IMG/VR virus record: IMGVR_UViG_3300045988_002517
DNA: 11,636 nucleotides
Reading direction: 5' to 3' (one strand)
Source: a virus
A program made the translations under genes and the position numbers. Below the pieces are notes generated by a model. The model was not told the origin of the DNA. It saw nothing but the letters and a program-made list of their open reading frames with translations, and did no database searches. Positions 11,575 to 11,636 of the stretch are shown one piece after another; the first letter of the stretch is position 1; each line of letters starts with the position of its first letter.

Positions 11575-11636
11575 CAAAATGTTTGCAAATGTTAAAAATG
11601 CGTTGGGAAACGTTAAAAAAGGGTCAGTAGCGTACC

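Larger units (their letters stand above)
11413..11636. repeat. Right inverted terminal repeat (ITR-R), 224 bp
   Basis: Exact reverse complement of 1..224. The window ends exactly at the repeat ends, consistent with true genome termini. Confidence 0.97.

Noticed and set aside
1-11636. Alternative identity as a linear plasmid, casposon/pipolin-like element or transposon (ITRs plus PolB)
   Set aside because: The presence of portal, capsid, packaging ATPase and tail-knob homologues, together with the absence of any integrase, transposase or Cas1, argues for a virus genome. The ITRs coincide with the sequence ends rather than being embedded in host DNA.
1-11636. Stop-codon reassignment, as known for some Bacteroidota phages: no gene ends in TAG (about 10 TAA, 4 TGA, 0 TAG)
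   Set aside because: All long ORFs are intact under the standard code, with no in-frame TAG or TGA needed. Zero TAG in 14 genes is not statistically remarkable. The one suspicious in-frame stop is TAA (9266), which is not a known reassigned codon in phages.

Overview
This window appears to be a complete replicon, not a fragment. Bases 1-224 are the exact reverse complement of 11413-11636, giving an 11,636-bp linear dsDNA genome bounded by 224-bp inverted terminal repeats (ITRs). It encodes a protein-primed family-B DNA polymerase with Exo I, Exo III, motif A/B/C and KxY signatures readable in the translation. A putative terminal protein lies directly upstream (ATGA overlap). Also present are a phi29 gp16-type packaging ATPase, a phi29 gp10-type portal/connector, a major capsid protein and a phi29 gp9-type tail-knob homologue. 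Together this describes a miniature phi29-like (Picovirinae-type) podovirus with about 14 genes, 13 rightward and 1 leftward at the right end. Expression signals look Bacteroidota-like: repeated TAnnTTTG -7 boxes and AT-rich leaders without Shine-Dalgarno sequences. The points most worth a second look are: (i) ITRs carrying three inward-facing copies of a motif that fits the sigma-54 -24/-12 consensus, plus another perfect copy in the central intergenic palindrome; (ii) a perfect 248-bp tandem duplication of a whole 70-aa early gene, bounded by a shared 30-nt leader; (iii) the tail-knob homologue split by a single in-frame TAA, with a three-repeat insertion; (iv) an 81-aa hyper-acidic repeat tail on the portal; (v) promoter boxes nested against terminator hairpins, and an outward-facing promoter box exactly at the inner edge of the right ITR. 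I saw no tRNA, CRISPR array, integrase or recognisable endolysin. All homology statements are by-eye comparisons with family motifs and phi29 sequences recalled from memory, and need HMM or structure confirmation.
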